Shown here one piece after another: positions 62,115 to 64,000 of a stretch of DNA of 64,000 bases (position 1 is the stretch's first letter; the number at the start of each line of letters is the position of its first letter). Under the pieces are notes generated by a model, which ran no database searches, was not told where the DNA came from, and saw nothing but the letters and a program-made list of their open reading frames with translations. A program made the position numbers and the translations under genes. The DNA is taken from NCBI GenBank assembly GCA_963666835.2, contig CAXXGO010000006.1:1216001-1280000 (forward strand). The letters run 5' to 3'. Source of the stretch: Phycisphaerae bacterium. GTDB lineage: Bacteria > Planctomycetota > Phycisphaerae > UBA1845.

Positions 62115-62897
62115 CTAAAGGACTTCGTTGGCCATGTTGATGGCGAGTAATACGTCGGCCGCGTTGTGCTTGCCGTTGCGGTCGAGATCGACCTTTGTGC
62201 TCGGGGACCGACCTCCGCCCCGTTGAGCCCGGCCATCAGTGCGGCAAGATCCGGAAGGACGACTATTTCGGAGCGGCTCGTACGCGACGGGCTCGATCGC
62301 CATTCCGCTTGCGATCCGCATTCGCGCTGGACTCGACATCGTTGATAAGCCCAATGGTGAACGTCCCGCGGGCATTGTCCGACACCAGGAGTTTCAACGT
62401 CGCCAGATACGCCTTCGTGCCGTCCTGTTTGCTTACCGGCCCGGTGGAGCTTACCAGGATACTGGCCCCGCGGTATCCCTCTGATCTGGTGTCGGTAAGC
62501 ACGAGGGCGTCGTCGCGACGCCGGCGTGGATGAAATCAGCGCCGCGACGGGTTCGATCAGGAAGTTCTCGCGGTTCTCCTCCCCGGACTCCTGAGTGGAC
62601 GCATACGCGATCGGCTCGATGAAACCGACCGCTCCGCTGGTATAGCCCGACGGCTCGATCTGGACCTGGTAGGCGGCCAACTTCTCCTCTGTGGGCGACC
62701 AGTCGCGCACAAAGATGTCCACGGTAAGGGAGCTGCCCGGTGCCGCCGCTACAATCGCCGTCGGGCCATTCGGCATGGACTCGGAATCGACGGCCACCGC
62801 CTCCACTGAGAACGTGGTGAGTACTTGCTGATGCTACCGCCGTCAACGCCCCAACAACGCAACCGATTCGCAAGAAGACCTTGTCATTCTTGAACAT
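62115..62897 (-). CDS. Secreted cohesin-like beta-sandwich protein with short dockerin-like tail, multiple frameshifts
   Basis: Signal peptide; PGSSLTVDIFVRD..LAAYQVQI; YLATLKLLVSDNARGTFTIGL; DLDRNGKHNAADVLLAIN. Confidence 0.6.
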
Positions 62898-63077
62898 CCG
62901 ATGATTCTCCGAAGATTGGCTCTATTGATGACCGACCCGGCTGCTTCCGCCGGATCGCCGTACCGTAGCCGCGCGACTCAGCTCGCTGCGGTCCGGATCC
63001 GCCTCAGACGGTATCGTATACGAATCCGGGCGGGCTGAAAACTTGCCGGACAAACCCGCCTTTACGCCCCGTGCAGG

Positions 63078-63118
63078 AAAAGAAGCCGGCCCGCCCCCTA
63101 CAAGAGAGGGCGGCCGGC
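63078..63118 (-). terminator. Rho-independent terminator
   Basis: Minus strand GCCGGCCGCCC..GGGCGGGCCGGC followed by TTCTTTT. Confidence 0.75.
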
Positions 63119-63170
63119 GTCGTAACGAGTCACTGGACGGCCCCACGGCCGTCAGCTTGGTCCGGCGAGC

Positions 63171-64000
63171 CTACGGGCACGGGATCGGGCAGCCGGTCTC
63201 CGCGTAGGTCTGGCCTTGGAACGCGAGCACGTCGCGCTGGATATCCGTGAAGTTGATTACCGCGTTCGGTACACACGGATCGATATCCATCGCGGCGAAA
63301 GTGATGCCCGGGCTGAAATCACCCTTGAAGGCCATGACGATCAACTGGATGTCCGTGAAGTTCATCGTGTCGTTGCAGTCGACATCGCCCATAGGCAGGT
63401 CGTCCCGGAAGCGGCGGGTGAAGCATACGCCCCGCATTCTGCTACGACCTCGTAAGTGCTGCTCGGGACGATGTTCACATCGCGGAGGATGGTATTACCC
63501 CACTCACTCGGCAGGCGGATTACCGGCGTATCGACCAGTGAACCGTCCACGTCGATGAACTTGTCGAGGCAGCCCCAAGTCGGAGAGGTTACGTGCAGAG
63601 CCACCGGCGCCACCGAGCCCATCGGCTGCGGAGTAACAGTGAACGCCTTCGGTCCCTCAGTTACCATTAGCGGCTCGACCGGGATAGCCGTTCCCACGCA
63701 TTCGCCGTCAAGGCACGCATCATCGCCGGTGCAAATGTCCTCGTCGTCGCATTCCGTACCGTTGATCTCGTAGTTCACGTCGCACAGGCCCGCCCCGTCG
63801 CAGATGTCGTGCAGATCGCACTGATCCTCGTAAGGGTCGCCGCAGGCCGTCCCGTACGCCTCGAATCTGCTCTGGCAGACCCCGACGGCATCACAAGTAT
63901 CCGGGTGGTCGCATTCCGAGTCCGAAGGATCACCGCACGGGGTCAGTTCCGGGCGCGGCGGGTGGGCACAAAGCCCGGAATCACACTCGTCAAACGTGCA
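63171..64000 (-). CDS. C-terminal part of Cys-rich secreted protein with dockerin-like end (5'-partial, frameshift ~63390)
   Basis: CDDEDICTGDDACLDGEC-type repeats; GDVDCNDTMNFTDI..DIDPCVPNAVINFTDI. Confidence 0.78.

Overview
High-GC bacterial DNA, most likely Planctomycetota class Phycisphaerae (inferred from dockerin-like C-termini, PEP-/IPTL-CTERM proteins, a CxxCGYxLxG..CxECG protein and a PilM-secretin cluster). In order: (1) end of a flagellar export operon fliN-O-P-Q-R-flhB-A-F-G...fliA, then dapF (1-11.1 kb); (2) two large convergent secreted repeat proteins with dockerin-like tails (11.4-19.7 kb); (3) a ~17 kb block (20.5-37.6 kb) in which a CpxRA-like two-component system lies between an EF-hand-repeat/TolC/MacA/MacB operon and an Ig-lipoprotein/VTC/DUF4956/HlyD/Cthe_2159-like operon, both operons sharing a 32-bp upstream motif (best candidate for an undescribed system); (4) a PEP-CTERM gene, two remnants of REP-associated Y1 transposases, small accessory genes and a mosaic of REP/REPIN elements (37.7-43.4 kb); (5) ECF sigma with a dockerin-like anti-sigma, GT2, KpsF, YdjY-ExbD-like fusion and a PilM/N-O-P-secretin cluster (43.5-56.7 kb); (6) mtaB and several surface-protein genes between REP arrays (56.8-64 kb). 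Beyond ~51.9 kb many genes carry single-base frameshifts, probably assembly errors. No tRNA, rRNA or true CRISPR array was seen. All family calls are by motif recognition, not database search.
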